55,694 bases of DNA from Hydrurus foetidus (Eukaryota): NCBI GenBank assembly GCA_900617105.1, contig UYFQ01000005.1, positions 558,001 to 613,694 of the forward strand, given 5' to 3'. A program made the position numbers and the translations under genes. Below, piece by piece: positions 1-10,891 of the stretch (its first letter is position 1; each line of letters starts with the position of its first letter). Under the pieces are notes generated by a model. It saw only the letters and a program-made list of their open reading frames with translations, did no database searches and was not told the DNA's origin.

Positions 1-532
1 CGCCCGTGGTGCCCGAGGAGTAAATGATATTGAACGCATCCGTGGCCGCGATGCTGACGGCGGTGGGCTGTGTGCCTGGGGCGGCCAGCCACGCCTCAAA
101 GGGGCTGCCCACAGCAGAGCCGTCCAGCGCGATGCGAGGTACAGCACCAGGGGTTTTGACCACCGGGCCCACAGCCTGCGCCGCATACGCATCGGTGAAC
201 AGCAGCCGCGCTTTGGCGTCGCTTACCATGCGGTGCAAACTCTCAGGTGTGGAACTGGGGGCCAGCGGGGCCACCACCACACCGGCACGCAGGGCACCGA
301 GGAACAGGGTCACGTAGTCAAGCGACGAGGCAGCGCACACGGCCAGCGCATCACCGGGTTGAAAACCATCGCGCTGTAAGGCACTCGCCACGCGGTTCAT
401 CCGGGCATCCAGTTCGGCGTAACTGAAGCGGCGCGAACCCTCCACCAACGCGGTACGGTCAGGGGCATCAGCAGCGTGCTGGCGGATCAGGTCGGCAATC
501 AAGCCGAATTCGGTGTCGAGCAAGGTGTTCAT
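1..532 (-). CDS. Acyl-CoA synthetase / AMP-binding (ANL) enzyme, 5' part; runs off the window edge
   Basis: Manual translation from the ATG at 532 gives MNTLLDTEFGLIADLIRQHAADAPDRTALVEG...FSYAELDARMNRVASAL...FNIIYSSGTTG, the AMP-binding signature. Confidence 0.85.
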   Translation of the reverse strand, partial: MNTLLDTEFGLIADLIRQHAADAPDRTALVEGSRRFSYAELDARMNRVASALQRDGFQPGDALAVCAASSLDYVTLFLGALRAGVVVAPLAPSSTPESLHRMVSDAKARLLFTDAYAAQAVGPVVKTPGAVPRIALDGSAVGSPFEAWLAAPGTQPTAVSIAATDAFNIIYSSGTTG

Positions 533-684
533 CCCTGAATGATAGAAGCACAGTGAGAAGAACCAAGAGAGATTCAAGTCGCTGACGTTACTGTGATTTA
601 CTCGCGCATTGCCTACCCTTACCACGCCCCTTGCCACACGCCTACACTGCCCCTGCTCTACCGCTTCACCCACACAAGGCTTCC

Positions 685-1389
685 ATGATTGACCTCTACA
701 CCGCCGCCACGCCCAACGGCCACAAAATTTCTATCGCACTGGAAGAACTGGCGCTGCCCTACACCGTTCACACGCTCAAGTTCGCAGACGCGGAACAAAA
801 GCAGCCCTGGTTTTTGAAGATCAATCCGAATGGCCGCATCCCTGCCATCGTTGACAGGAATGAGGGCGATTTCGCGGTGTTCGAGTCTGGCGCCATCCTG
901 ATTTACCTCGCGGAAAAAACCGGTCAACTGATGCCCACCGATACGCGGGGCCGCTCGCAAGTCATCCAGTGGCTGATGTTCCAGATGGGCGGCATCGGGC
1001 CGATGATGGGGCAGGCGAACGTGTTCTTTCGTTACTTCCCCGAGAAAATCCAAGCAGCGATTGACCGCTACCAGGGCGAGAGCACCCGCTTGTTTCGCGT
1101 CATGGACAGTCACCTGAAAGACCATGAGTACCTCGCTGGCGATTACTCAATCGCCGACATCGCCAACTGGGCCTGGGTGCGCACGCACAAATGGTCAGGC
1201 GTAGCGATGGACGACATGCCCCATCTGAAGCGCTGGACAGATGCCATCCGCGCCCGCCCTGCGGTGCTCAAAGGCATAGAGATGCCCCCCTCGAACCTGA
1301 ACATGCGAGTGGACGATGAGGAGAAGGCCAAACAGTTCGCTGAAGAAGCCCGCAAGATGGTGGAAATGGGAAATTCAAAGAAGATTTAG
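685..1389 (+). CDS. Glutathione S-transferase, Nu class (YfcG-like GSH-dependent disulfide oxidoreductase)
   Basis: [14 protein letters not shown] (TPN motif), [27 protein letters not shown]; start moved to the ATG at 685. Confidence 0.9.
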   Translation: MIDLYTAATPNGHKISIALEELALPYTVHTLKFADAEQKQPWFLKINPNGRIPAIVDRNEGDFAVFESGAILIYLAEKTGQLMPTDTRGRSQVIQWLMFQMGGIGPMMGQANVFFRYFPEKIQAAIDRYQGESTRLFRVMDSHLKDHEYLAGDYSIADIANWAWVRTHKWSGVAMDDMPHLKRWTDAIRARPAVLKGIEMPPSNLNMRVDDEEKAKQFAEEARKMVEMGNSKKI

Positions 1390-1449
1390 CTATAAAAACA
1401 GCCTTAAACTCTTATTTAACATGCGATAACAGCTATTAAATTAGTAGCA
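1390..1449 (-). repeat. AT-rich palindromic intergenic repeat, core GCTAY-N7-RTAGC
   Basis: GCTAT-taaatta-GTAGC at 1432-1448 between two GST genes; a related copy lies at 45113-45165. Confidence 0.6.
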
Positions 1450-1486
1450 AAAACCATTCCACAAACTCGCTTAAGAAGCAGGCACC

Positions 1487-2110
1487 ATGAAGTTTTACAC
1501 ATCCCCCCGCGCCCCTAGCCCACGCCGCGTCAGCATCTTTATGGCCGAAAAAGGCATCACTGGGCTGGAAGAAGTCACCATCAGCATCGCCGCCAATGCG
1601 CACAAAAGCGCGGATTTTCTTGTCAAGAACCCGCTGGCCAAAGTGCCAGCACTGGAGCTGGACGATGGCCGCATCCTGACCGAAACCCGTGCCATTTGCA
1701 CCTACCTGGAAGGCCTGTACCCCGAGCACAACCTGATGGGCGTGGACGCGACGGAACGCGCCTTCATCGAGATGGCGGATCGCCGCATTGAGTTGTATTT
1801 GTTCAGTGCTTTCGCCAACTGCATCCGCCACACCCACCCCGGTTTTGTCACGATTGAACAACCTCAGTTCCCCGAGTTTGGCGCGGCCCAAGGCGAAAAA
1901 GTGCGTGAAGTGGCCCGTTGGCTGGACGCTGAGTTGGCGCACCATCCGTTCGTAGCAGGCGAGCGTTTCACCATCGCCGACATCACGGCCTTCATTGCGC
2001 TGGAGTTTGGCCGAGGGCTGATGAAATTTGTACCCGGCCATGAAGGCATGCCGCACTTGCAAGCCTACCGCGACAGGTGGACGCTGCGGGCGAGTGCGAA
2101 GGTGCAGTAA
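1487..2110 (+). CDS. Glutathione S-transferase family protein (GTT2-like)
   Basis: APSPRRVSIF, NPLAKVPALELDDG, ETRAICTYL, FTIADI motifs. Confidence 0.88.
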   Translation: MKFYTSPRAPSPRRVSIFMAEKGITGLEEVTISIAANAHKSADFLVKNPLAKVPALELDDGRILTETRAICTYLEGLYPEHNLMGVDATERAFIEMADRRIELYLFSAFANCIRHTHPGFVTIEQPQFPEFGAAQGEKVREVARWLDAELAHHPFVAGERFTIADITAFIALEFGRGLMKFVPGHEGMPHLQAYRDRWTLRASAKVQ

Positions 2111-2219
2111 GGACAGGTTTATCCCCTTTCGGAATGCAGTTTATCGGTTTAACATGGTTGATGGCCATTCTGTTTTGAGTTGGCTTGGTCACCTCACCTC
2201 ATGCATCACGCCCACCACC

Positions 2220-3206
2220 ATGAACCACTTCCACTTCACCACCGCCACATCGCCCGTCGCTGACAGGAACGAATCGTGGGGTCAGATCAACCGGGATTAT
2301 TTCGGCAATCTGCAAGTGGACAACTTAGACGACGAGCCGCTGGATGCCGCCCTCTCGGTGTACCAAGTCGGTGCCCTGCGCATGTTTTTGATCGACGCCC
2401 CAGCACACCGAATTTGCCGTGACAACACGCTGACCCAGCTACCGACCGACGACCTGTACAAGCTGGTGTTACAACTGCGCGGACGCTCTGAAATCCGCCA
2501 ACACGACAAATCGTTCCAGCTCCACCAAGGCGACTGGAGTTTGTACGACCCGCGTGTGCCCTACGCCATCACCAACCACGAGCGCTGCACGCTGCTGGTG
2601 GCACAAGTACCCCGGCACCAACTCAAAAGCTTCAAAGTGCCCAACCTGCACACCTGCGAGGCCAGCACCCGCAGCCAAGCCGGTTTGTACGCGGTATTAG
2701 GGTCATTTTTAAAATCGCTGGCCGAGCAACTGCCTACCCTCTCGAACGGCGTGGCGCAGCCTATCAGCGAAACGGTGCTGGGCTTGCTGGCCTCCACGCT
2801 GGCCAGCGTCCAAGAAGACAACGCAGACCATGCCACGCTGCCCGATGTGCTCAAAGCCCGCGTCAAGCAGCATGTGCAAACCCACTTGGGCGAGTCTGAC
2901 CTGACGATTGACCGCATCGCGCTGGACATGCGCTGCTCCAAACGCTATTTGCACAAGGTGTTTGAAGATGAAGCTTGCAGCCTTGACCGCTACATCTGGC
3001 TGGCCCGCCTGGAGCGCTGCCGCGCGGCGCTGAGCGCGCCTGCGCTGCATGGCCGCTCTATCTCTGAAATTGCGTTTGCCTGGGGCTTCAACAGCAGCGC
3101 CCATTTTTGCCGCCTGTTCAAAAGCCATTACGGCGTGTCGCCAGGGGTGTTTCAGCGCCAAGCTGCGGCTGGGCTGGTAGAGGCTGGCACACCGCGCCAC
3201 CACTGA
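2220..3206 (+). CDS. AraC-family transcriptional regulator (FeaR/MoaR-like)
   Basis: C-terminal double HTH (IALDMRCSKRYLHKVF...SISEIAFAWGFNSSAHFCRLFKSHYGVSP) and a FeaR-type N-domain (GDWSLYDPRVPY); likely start at ATG 2220. Confidence 0.85.
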   Translation: MNHFHFTTATSPVADRNESWGQINRDYFGNLQVDNLDDEPLDAALSVYQVGALRMFLIDAPAHRICRDNTLTQLPTDDLYKLVLQLRGRSEIRQHDKSFQLHQGDWSLYDPRVPYAITNHERCTLLVAQVPRHQLKSFKVPNLHTCEASTRSQAGLYAVLGSFLKSLAEQLPTLSNGVAQPISETVLGLLASTLASVQEDNADHATLPDVLKARVKQHVQTHLGESDLTIDRIALDMRCSKRYLHKVFEDEACSLDRYIWLARLERCRAALSAPALHGRSISEIAFAWGFNSSAHFCRLFKSHYGVSPGVFQRQAAAGLVEAGTPRHH

Positions 3207-3406
3207 CCCCACATCCTCGTTCGCCAGCAGCACCGCCTGGGTGCCGGCAACGGACAAATCCTACATTGGTGAGAATTTTGGCAAGCTGGTGCTGCACGCT
3301 GCAGAGGGCTGAGCCACAAACGTCAAACACCCACAACCACTGTATTTTCTATAGCAATCTGTGCTTTCCAGGCCAGAACAGATTACTATTTTTTAACACT
3401 TAAAAA

Positions 3407-4018
3407 TCAAACACCATTTTTTGCAATAGCACGCTGGTACGCAGGACGCGCCTCGACCATGTCCACAAAACGCGTCAAGTTAGGGTAGACCTCGCGCCCC
3501 GCACCGTTGACGGCCACTTGGGCAATAAACGAGATTTGCACATCAGCACCCGTCAGCGCATCGCCAACGAAGTAATCGCGCTGGTTCAATTCGTTATTCA
3601 GATAACCGAGGTGGTTTTGCATCTCGCTACCGATGCGAGGATGCAGTGGTGCACCAGCTTCACCCAGACGGCCCACATAGAGCTTGAGCATCAGCGGCAG
3701 CATGGCTGAGCCTTCGGCGTAGTGCAGAAACTGGATGTATCGGTTGTAGTCGGGCGTATCCATCGCAGGTGCGAATTGACCTTTGCCGTAGCGACGAACA
3801 AGGTATTCGATGATGGCACCAGACTCGATCATCACCAGCTCACCATCGCGCAAGATGGGCGCCTTGCCCAAAGGATGAATCTGCGCTAACTCGGGTGGAG
3901 CGAGGCGCGTTTTGGGATCCCGCAAGTAGTTGATGACCTCATAAGGCTCACCCAACTCCTCAAGCATCCAGGTGATGCGGCGCGAGCGGGATTCATGCAG
4001 GTGGTGAATTTCGATCAT
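3407..4018 (-). CDS. Glutathione S-transferase family protein (GTT1-like)
   Basis: HHLHESRSRRITWMLEELG, HPLGKAPIL, ESGAIIEYL, HYAEGS. Confidence 0.9.
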   Translation of the reverse strand: MIEIHHLHESRSRRITWMLEELGEPYEVINYLRDPKTRLAPPELAQIHPLGKAPILRDGELVMIESGAIIEYLVRRYGKGQFAPAMDTPDYNRYIQFLHYAEGSAMLPLMLKLYVGRLGEAGAPLHPRIGSEMQNHLGYLNNELNQRDYFVGDALTGADVQISFIAQVAVNGAGREVYPNLTRFVDMVEARPAYQRAIAKNGV

Positions 4019-4236
4019 GGTATGGCCTTGAGAGAATTAAAAGAGTTAAAGATAAGCAGCATGCAAGAACGCTCTGCATTAGACTGCACCCTGTGGCTCC
4101 GATTTGTCACAAGTATGACTACAGTGGCCCCTGGTTTCAGGTTTGTTGCTTCATCTTTGTCGCCTTACGGTTAAGGAAGATTGCCATGCAAGTCACGCAC
4201 CAACTGGGGACTTATTCAACGTTGCCTTAACATCAG

Positions 4237-4953
4237 CTACGCAGTGGCAGAAGTCGCCAAATAGCTGTTGTGCAAAATCTCAGGCTGGTCGCGCAGCGCA
4301 GCCGCCGTGCCCGCAAACGCGATACGCCCGCGCTCCAGCACGTAAGCCTGGGTGGCCAGAGAAAGCGCCAAGGTAGTGAACTGCTCAATCAACAAAACAC
4401 CCACACCGCTTTCAGCGGCACGCTCCAGCACTTGCGCCAAGCGCTTGACCACCGTGGGGGCCAAGCCCAAAGACAGCTCATCGACGACCAAATAGCCCGG
4501 TGACACCACCAGCGCCTGGGCGATGCACACCATCTGCTTTTGCCCGCCTGACAGCGTGCGTGCTAAGGCCGGGAGTTTCTCTTTGAGCTCTGGGAACACC
4601 GCCAACACCCGGTCCATCGCCGCCAACGATGCAGGGGGTGATAACGCAGACGCGGCTGCCCGCAGGTTGTCCAGCACCGACAAGTCGCCCAACACACGGT
4701 GGCCCTCGGGCACCACGGCCACACCGGCGGCTCGAACCACCTCGGGGCGGCAGTTGTGCAGCGCAGCCCCTTTCAATTCAACGCGGCCGGCACTCACTGG
4801 CAACGCACCGCCCATAGCGAGCACGGTGGTGGATTTGCCTGCGCCATTGGCCCCCACCAGCGCGGTGATCTGGCCGGGGGTGATGTCCAGGCTCACGCTG
4901 TGCAACACTTGTTTGCCGCCCCGGTGAACGCATAAATCTCGAACTTGAAGCAT
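4237..4953 (-). CDS. ABC transporter ATP-binding subunit (LivF-like)
   Basis: Walker A GANGAGKST, signature LSGGQKQM, Walker B VVDE. Confidence 0.9.
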   Translation of the reverse strand: MLQVRDLCVHRGGKQVLHSVSLDITPGQITALVGANGAGKSTTVLAMGGALPVSAGRVELKGAALHNCRPEVVRAAGVAVVPEGHRVLGDLSVLDNLRAAASALSPPASLAAMDRVLAVFPELKEKLPALARTLSGGQKQMVCIAQALVVSPGYLVVDELSLGLAPTVVKRLAQVLERAAESGVGVLLIEQFTTLALSLATQAYVLERGRIAFAGTAAALRDQPEILHNSYLATSATA

Positions 4954-4980
4954 GTGAAATGTGTCCTTACCTAGAGCCCG

Positions 4981-5685
4981 TCATGTACCCAAATAAGCGC
5001 GCCGTACCGCCGGGTCAGCCAGTACCTCGTTCGTAGGCCCCAGGGCTAATTGGCGGCCAAAATCCATCACCAGGGTTTGCGTGCAGGTCGCGGCAATCAG
5101 GGCCACATCGTGGTCAATCAGCAGCACTTGGGCACCGCAAAAGGCGTGGATGCCCAGCAGCGCTTGGCGCAGGGTGGCCGATTCATGCTCGTTCAAACCT
5201 GCACCTGGCTCGTCAAACAACAGCAAACGCGGCTGCCCTGCCAGCGACTTGGCGACTTCCACCATGCGGCGTTGGAAAAGGTTCAGCGCCGCCCCCAGCG
5301 TGGTGGCCACCTCCGTCAAGCCGGTGTAGGCGAGCACCTTGGCGGTTTGGTACGCCACCGACTCAAACCCCTGCGGAACATGGTCTAGCACGGCACGCAC
5401 GTTGTCCCATACGCTCAAATCTTCCACCACCTGCTCGGTTTGGAACGAGCGACGCAGGCCCAGCTTGACCCGCTGTACCGAGGTCAAAGGCAGCAGTGAA
5501 ATGCCGTCAATCTCCACCTTGCCCGCAGCGGGCTGCACCATGCCACTGAGCACGTTAACCAAGGTGGTTTTGCCTGCACCGTTGGGGCCAATCAAGCCGC
5601 ACACCGGGTCGCTCAGCACCGCGTTCAGGTTGTCAATGGCTTTGTGCCCGCCAAACTGCACGGTGAGTCCAGTGATGTGGATCAT
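4981..5685 (-). CDS. ABC transporter ATP-binding subunit (LivG-like)
   Basis: GPNGAGKTT, LLFDEPGAGL, IDHD, C-terminal VRRAYLG; true start MIHITGL at 5685 overlaps the upstream stop. Confidence 0.9.
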   Translation of the reverse strand: MIHITGLTVQFGGHKAIDNLNAVLSDPVCGLIGPNGAGKTTLVNVLSGMVQPAAGKVEIDGISLLPLTSVQRVKLGLRRSFQTEQVVEDLSVWDNVRAVLDHVPQGFESVAYQTAKVLAYTGLTEVATTLGAALNLFQRRMVEVAKSLAGQPRLLLFDEPGAGLNEHESATLRQALLGIHAFCGAQVLLIDHDVALIAATCTQTLVMDFGRQLALGPTNEVLADPAVRRAYLGT

Positions 5686-6734
5686 GCGGCCTCCTTGCGC
5701 TTTAAACGTGCAGCCAGCGCAGCGCCCGCGCCCAACAACTGCCCAGCAATGCCACTGGGCGCGGTGATGAGCGCGTGCAACAAAGCCGCGCCAAAGAAGA
5801 TGGTGGCCAAGTAGCCGTTGACATTGAAATCGGTCAGCAAGGACGGCACGGCCCGCAGCAGCAGCCCAGCCAGCAAGGGGCCAAGCCAGTGGTACACACC
5901 ACCAACGACCGCCAGCGCAAACAGCATCACCGAATCCCCTGCCCCAAAGGCACGGCCATCCAGCTGGCCCACACCGCCTGCCAGCAAGGCCCCGCCCACA
6001 CCGGCACAAAACCCCGCCAAACCAAACGCCCAGGTTTGGTACAGCAAGATGTTGACACCTGCGCCCAACGCTGCCGCATCGCTGCGGCGAATCAAGGCCC
6101 AAGCCCGGCCTGCACGTGAGCGCCGGTGCAGTTCAATCACCCCCAACACCAAGGCCAACCAAACGCTGACATAGGTCAAATACGCGGCGTCCGACGTGGC
6201 GAGCGCAGGGCGCGCCATCATCAAGCGCTCGCTGCCCACCACACGGCCCAACCAGCCATCGCCGCCATCCGGAAAGCCCGTGGCACTCACCACCACCTGA
6301 AAGCCGCCCGCCATCATCAGCGTGACCAGCGCGAGGTACAGCCCCTTCATGCGCAGGGCGGGCAGACCTGCCAACATGCCCACGGCACTGGCGGCCACAC
6401 CACCGGCCAGCACACACAGCTCGAACGGCCAATGCAGGCCGTGGCTGATGCGCAAGGCTACCCAGCCGCCCACGCCCAACAGCGCGTACTGGCACAGGCT
6501 GACCAGCCCCAGCTGCCCATACAACACCGCCACACCGGCCACAGCCACCGACAAGGCCAGGGCAGACATCAGGGTTTTGACCCAGTAGGCATTCGCCAAC
6601 CAGGGCACGATGCACCCCAGCAGCACGACGCAGGCGGCCATGGTGAACAAGGCCCGTCGGTCACGCTGGGCAACCTGGGCCAAGGCGGTTTGTAAATGGG
6701 TCAAAACCACATTCTCTAAAGCCATTGTCTTCAC
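5682..6734 (-). CDS. Branched-chain-amino-acid-type ABC permease (LivM-like)
   Basis: Hydrophobic protein; GQLGLVSL, LRMKGLYLALVTL, GRAWALIR motifs. Confidence 0.88.
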   Translation of the reverse strand: MKTMALENVVLTHLQTALAQVAQRDRRALFTMAACVVLLGCIVPWLANAYWVKTLMSALALSVAVAGVAVLYGQLGLVSLCQYALLGVGGWVALRISHGLHWPFELCVLAGGVAASAVGMLAGLPALRMKGLYLALVTLMMAGGFQVVVSATGFPDGGDGWLGRVVGSERLMMARPALATSDAAYLTYVSVWLALVLGVIELHRRSRAGRAWALIRRSDAAALGAGVNILLYQTWAFGLAGFCAGVGGALLAGGVGQLDGRAFGAGDSVMLFALAVVGGVYHWLGPLLAGLLLRAVPSLLTDFNVNGYLATIFFGAALLHALITAPSGIAGQLLGAGAALAARLKRKEAA

Positions 6735-7597
6735 GCCTTTCTTCCGCTCTGCCCGTTGTTACGGAACAGCAAAATAGCCGCTAGGGCGATCAAAAAAGGC
6801 ACGCTGGAACGGAACGGTGCAAAGCCCGGGACGGTGATGGCAACCGCCTCCGTCACCCCGATGAAGATGCCCGCCACCACCGTCACCGGTAGCGAAGTCA
6901 GCCGCCCCAAAATGGCCGCAGCGAATGCCGGAATCACCAAAAATGTGAGCAACGTGGCTTGCAAGCGCACGATGTTGGCGAGCAACAAACCACACACCCC
7001 GGCAAAAGCCCCCGACAACAGCCACGCCACGGTGTCCACCTGGAGCACGCGGATGCCTAGCAGTGCGCTCAAGTCGCGGTCATTGGCCAGAGCACGCATC
7101 TTGAGGCCCATGCGGGTTTGGGTGAGCAGCACGCCCACCGCCGCCATCATGCTCACCGCCAACCCCAAGCCCAGCAGCCGGGTGTAAGTGAGGCGCACAT
7201 CGCCCAAATCCAGCGCACCACCGTCGGTGGGCAAAATCAAGCGGCGTGGTTGCTCACCCCAAAACCACTCGGTAAACCCCATCACCATCAGAGCGAAACC
7301 CAGGGTGGCGATGCTGCGGATGGTGGGGTCACGGTGCGAGAGCCTGGGGGCCAGCAGCCGCCCATAGACCAGCGACAGCGTGACCGAGGTGGCAATGGCG
7401 GCCAACCAGGCCAGCGCCTGCGGCCATTCATGGTCTAGCGCTGACCAGGCCACGTAGGCCCCTATCGCGCCCAGCGCACCGAACGCGAAGTTCAGCACAC
7501 CCGACGAGCGGTAGAGCACCACCAGACCGACACCTGACAGGGCGTACACCGCGCCCACACCCAGGCCGGACACGATAAAAGGCAGTAAATCAGGCAT
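6731..7597 (-). CDS. Branched-chain-amino-acid-type ABC permease (LivH-like)
   Basis: SGLGVGAVYAL..GVLNFAFG, TRMGLKMRALA motifs. Confidence 0.88.
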   Translation of the reverse strand: MPDLLPFIVSGLGVGAVYALSGVGLVVLYRSSGVLNFAFGALGAIGAYVAWSALDHEWPQALAWLAAIATSVTLSLVYGRLLAPRLSHRDPTIRSIATLGFALMVMGFTEWFWGEQPRRLILPTDGGALDLGDVRLTYTRLLGLGLAVSMMAAVGVLLTQTRMGLKMRALANDRDLSALLGIRVLQVDTVAWLLSGAFAGVCGLLLANIVRLQATLLTFLVIPAFAAAILGRLTSLPVTVVAGIFIGVTEAVAITVPGFAPFRSSVPFLIALAAILLFRNNGQSGRKA

Positions 7598-7603
7598 GGC
7601 GCG

Positions 7604-8863
7604 TTACTTCAGGCCCATCTTGGCTTCATCAGCCCGCACATCCACCAATTCAGGGTCAGCCGCCGTCAGGCAACTGCTGCTTTGCAGGCTGAAGCCATTG
7701 CCGCTGACGGTGGCGATAGGGCCACTGTTGTTGGCGTTGTGGCGTGCGCCATCGCCCACGTAAAACGGCTTGCACAGAATGTCGCTCTTGAAGCCACTGA
7801 CCTTGCGCAGCGCCGCACTCACACTGGCACGGTCGAGCTTTTTAGGGTCCATCTTGAGCAGGGTATCGGTGACGATGCGTGCCGCCAGATAACCGGATTG
7901 CGCAAACGAATCGCGCGGATCGGTTTTGGCACCGAAAGCGTCCATCGTCGCCTTCCAGTTGGTGTTGTCAGCACCGGCTGATTCGACGGGCTGGAACTCC
8001 AAATGGATGTCGAGCTTGTTGTTCCACGTCGGGCCAATGGCTTTAGGCACATCGGCGTTATAAGCGGGGGTGGTGGAGAGAAAGCGGATTTTCTTATCCA
8101 AGCCTTGCTGCTCCGCAGCGGCCAGCATTGGCACCATGATGCCCTTGGGCACGTTCAACAAAATAGCGTCTGGCTTCATGGCGGCGGCTTGCAGCATCAC
8201 CGAAGTGGCATCGGCAGAACCGGGGTCAATGGTGATGGTCTCGAACGCCAAGCCGTTTTTGGCACCCCATGCTTTAGCGCCTTCGCAAGCCCAGTTGCCC
8301 AAACCAGGAATATTGGGCAACACGCACACCATTTTTTTGACCTTGTATTTTTCTACAGCGTGCATGGCCACAATGGTCGCAGAGACACGCGGGCCGGTGT
8401 TCACAGGGGCGTAGTTTTTGGCGTTGAAACATTCACGCGGCACGCCTACACCGGCGATCACCATCACGTCTTCTTGAGCATACAGCTTGGCGTTGGCACC
8501 GCATTCGACAAAGCTGGAGCTCCCCACCATCGCCAGCACTTTGCGGTCTTTCACCAGCTTGGAAGCTACCTGGGATGCGGTTTCCGGGTTCCATTGGTCG
8601 TCCAGCACCGTGTAGTCAATCGGGCGGCCGTGGATGCCTCCGTTTTGGTTGACGCACTTGAAGTACGCGGCAGAGGCCAGTGCCGACGCGCTGAAATCGT
8701 CCGGCCCGGTCTTGCCGACCACTGCACCTAACGGAATCGGCTCACCTTCGGCTTTTTTGCCGGTGTTCATGCCGCAACTGGGCTTGGCCTGCGCGAACGC
8801 AGCACCGAATGCCAGCAAACTGGCCGCTGCCACCAGGGTGGATTTGAAAGAAAGGGTTGTCAT
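7604..8863 (-). CDS. ABC transporter periplasmic substrate-binding protein (LivJ-like fold)
   Basis: Signal peptide ending AFA-Q; VNQNGGIHGRPIDYTVLDDQ motif. Confidence 0.88.
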   Translation of the reverse strand: MTTLSFKSTLVAAASLLAFGAAFAQAKPSCGMNTGKKAEGEPIPLGAVVGKTGPDDFSASALASAAYFKCVNQNGGIHGRPIDYTVLDDQWNPETASQVASKLVKDRKVLAMVGSSSFVECGANAKLYAQEDVMVIAGVGVPRECFNAKNYAPVNTGPRVSATIVAMHAVEKYKVKKMVCVLPNIPGLGNWACEGAKAWGAKNGLAFETITIDPGSADATSVMLQAAAMKPDAILLNVPKGIMVPMLAAAEQQGLDKKIRFLSTTPAYNADVPKAIGPTWNNKLDIHLEFQPVESAGADNTNWKATMDAFGAKTDPRDSFAQSGYLAARIVTDTLLKMDPKKLDRASVSAALRKVSGFKSDILCKPFYVGDGARHNANNSGPIATVSGNGFSLQSSSCLTAADPELVDVRADEAKMGLK

Positions 8864-8911
8864 GGTGTTGTCTCCTGTTGTAAAAATAGAAATCCGCGTG
8901 GCACGTTGTGG

Positions 8912-10417
8912 CTACACCGACATGCACACGCTCTTGAGCTCGGTGTAGCTTTCCACCGCTGCACGGCCCAGGTCACGCCCGTAGCCCGATTGCTTGTAGC
9001 CGCCCAGGGGCAAGTTGTTGTCCAGCATGTTGTGGGTGTTCACCCAGACCATGCCGGCTTTCAGGCGCGGCACGGTGCGGTGAACGGCGGAGAGGTTTTG
9101 CGACCACACCGAAGCGGCCAAGCCGTAAGGCGTGTCGTTGGCTTGGGCGATCACGTCGTCCACATCGTCAAAGGGCATGGCGACGATGACAGGGCCAAAC
9201 ACCTCTTCTTTGACGATGCGCATCTCCGGCGTGGTGCCGACAAACACCGTGGGCTTGATGAAGTAGCCGCCCTCCAGCGCACGCGCCCCACCTGTCAACG
9301 CCACCGCTCCTTCGCTCTTGGCCACGTTGATGCAGTTCATCACCCGGTCGAACTGGCGCTTGGACACCACGGGGCCAAGTTGCGTGGCAGGGTCAAAGCC
9401 GGAGCCGATCTTCATGCCCTCTGCGGCCTGCGCGAGTCCGTTCACCACGCGCTCGAACAGCTTGCGGTGGACGTACAGACGCGAGCCTGCGGTACACACC
9501 TGCCCTTGGTTAAAGAAGATACCCATCGCCGCGCCCTGGATAGCCGAATCCACATCCGCGTCTTCCAGCACGATCATGGGAGACTTGCCGCCCAGCTCCA
9601 GTGTGAAGCGCGTCATGTTGTCCACCGCCGCATGGCCGATGCTTTTGCCCACAGCGGTAGAGCCTGTGAAGCTGAGCTTGTTGATGCCGGGGTGCGCCAC
9701 CAGCGCGGCCCCGGTGGTGGCACCGCGCCCGCACACCACGTTGAGCACGCCGGGCGGAAAACCCGCCTCAATGGCCAGCTCCGCCAAGCGCAGCGCGGTG
9801 AGTGGGGTTTCCTCCGACGGCTTGAGCACCACCGTACAGCCCGTAGCCAGTGCAGGAGCGACTTTCCACAAAGCGATGGCGAGGGGGAAATTCCACGGCA
9901 CGATGGCCCCCACCACGCCCACGGGCTCGCGCCGGGTGTAGGTGAAGTACTGCGAGCCGGGCGGGAACGGGATGGAGTTGTCCAGCGTCTGGCCTTCCAG
10001 CTTGGTGGCCCACCCCGCCATGTAGCGCACAAACTCAGCGCCTGAGCCCACATCCACCATGCGGGCGATGCCTTGCAGCTTGCCGCTTTGCAGGGTTTCC
10101 AAAGCGCTGAGCTCGTCGGCATGGTCTTCGATCAGTGTGGAGAGCTTGTACAGCAAGCGTTCACGGTCAGCGGGGCGCAGGCGCGACCATGCAGAGTCTT
10201 CAAATGCTTGCCGAGCAGCGGCGACAGCAGCATCTACATCGGTGGCGTTGCTGTCCGGCGCTTGCGCCACCACCATCTCGGTGGCCGGGTCGATCACGTC
10301 CACAAACTGGCCGCTGGCGGGCATCACTTCCACGCCGTTGATGAAGTTGCCACGCTGTTTGCGTGCCAGGAAAGCAATGCGGGTCAGTTGTGCTTTAGAG
10401 AGGTCTGAAGGATTCAT
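8912..10417 (-). CDS. NAD-dependent aldehyde dehydrogenase, phenylacetaldehyde dehydrogenase (FeaB/StyD)-like
   Basis: PWNFP, FTGST, LELGGKSP, FFNQGQVC (catalytic Cys), EEVFGP; YMAGWATKLEGQTLDNSIP segment resembles FeaB-like enzymes. Confidence 0.88.
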   Translation of the reverse strand: MNPSDLSKAQLTRIAFLARKQRGNFINGVEVMPASGQFVDVIDPATEMVVAQAPDSNATDVDAAVAAARQAFEDSAWSRLRPADRERLLYKLSTLIEDHADELSALETLQSGKLQGIARMVDVGSGAEFVRYMAGWATKLEGQTLDNSIPFPPGSQYFTYTRREPVGVVGAIVPWNFPLAIALWKVAPALATGCTVVLKPSEETPLTALRLAELAIEAGFPPGVLNVVCGRGATTGAALVAHPGINKLSFTGSTAVGKSIGHAAVDNMTRFTLELGGKSPMIVLEDADVDSAIQGAAMGIFFNQGQVCTAGSRLYVHRKLFERVVNGLAQAAEGMKIGSGFDPATQLGPVVSKRQFDRVMNCINVAKSEGAVALTGGARALEGGYFIKPTVFVGTTPEMRIVKEEVFGPVIVAMPFDDVDDVIAQANDTPYGLAASVWSQNLSAVHRTVPRLKAGMVWVNTHNMLDNNLPLGGYKQSGYGRDLGRAAVESYTELKSVCMSV

Positions 10418-10812
10418 GCATCCCCCTTCATCGCATTCCCCACCAACAGCGTGTCGGTGAACTGCTCAAAGCGGCGCACCTTGCCCTCGGCCACTTGCCA
10501 CACATGGGCCACGCGGGCATGCATGGCTTTACCGCTTTGCTTGTGCGTGGCACGGTAGTCCCCCAGCGCCACCACGGTATCGCCGCCGTTGATGAGGCGC
10601 TCCAGCGTGAAGCCAAAGCCGTCCCAGTCGCGCCCCAGTGCGACGAACACGTTGTCAATGATCTGCTGCGTGTTGGTATAGGTGCCAGCGCAAGGGAAAC
10701 CGGCCATTTCAGTCCATTGCACGTCGTCAGCCAAGTCGGCCAGCATCCCGGGCAGGTCATGGCGGGCGCTGGCGGCGTAATGGTCGGCCACGATTTGGTA
10801 GGGGGTTCGCAT
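10414..10812 (-). CDS. SnoaL/NTF2-like protein
   Basis: 132 aa; LADDVQWTEMAGFP, AHVWQVAEGKVRRFEQFTDT. Confidence 0.8.
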   Translation of the reverse strand: MRTPYQIVADHYAASARHDLPGMLADLADDVQWTEMAGFPCAGTYTNTQQIIDNVFVALGRDWDGFGFTLERLINGGDTVVALGDYRATHKQSGKAMHARVAHVWQVAEGKVRRFEQFTDTLLVGNAMKGDA

Positions 10813-10891
10813 GGGGAAATCCTTTCAGTGAACAGGGAAGCGTGGAAAATTTAAATTGACAATGACACTTGACAATTCAAACGACAAAAAA

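Noticed and set aside
10855..10890. Clustered (T/C)GACA repeats between moaF and the SnoaL gene as FeaR boxes
   Set aside because: They do not fit the TGNCA-N8-AAA spacing on either strand and are too short to support a call
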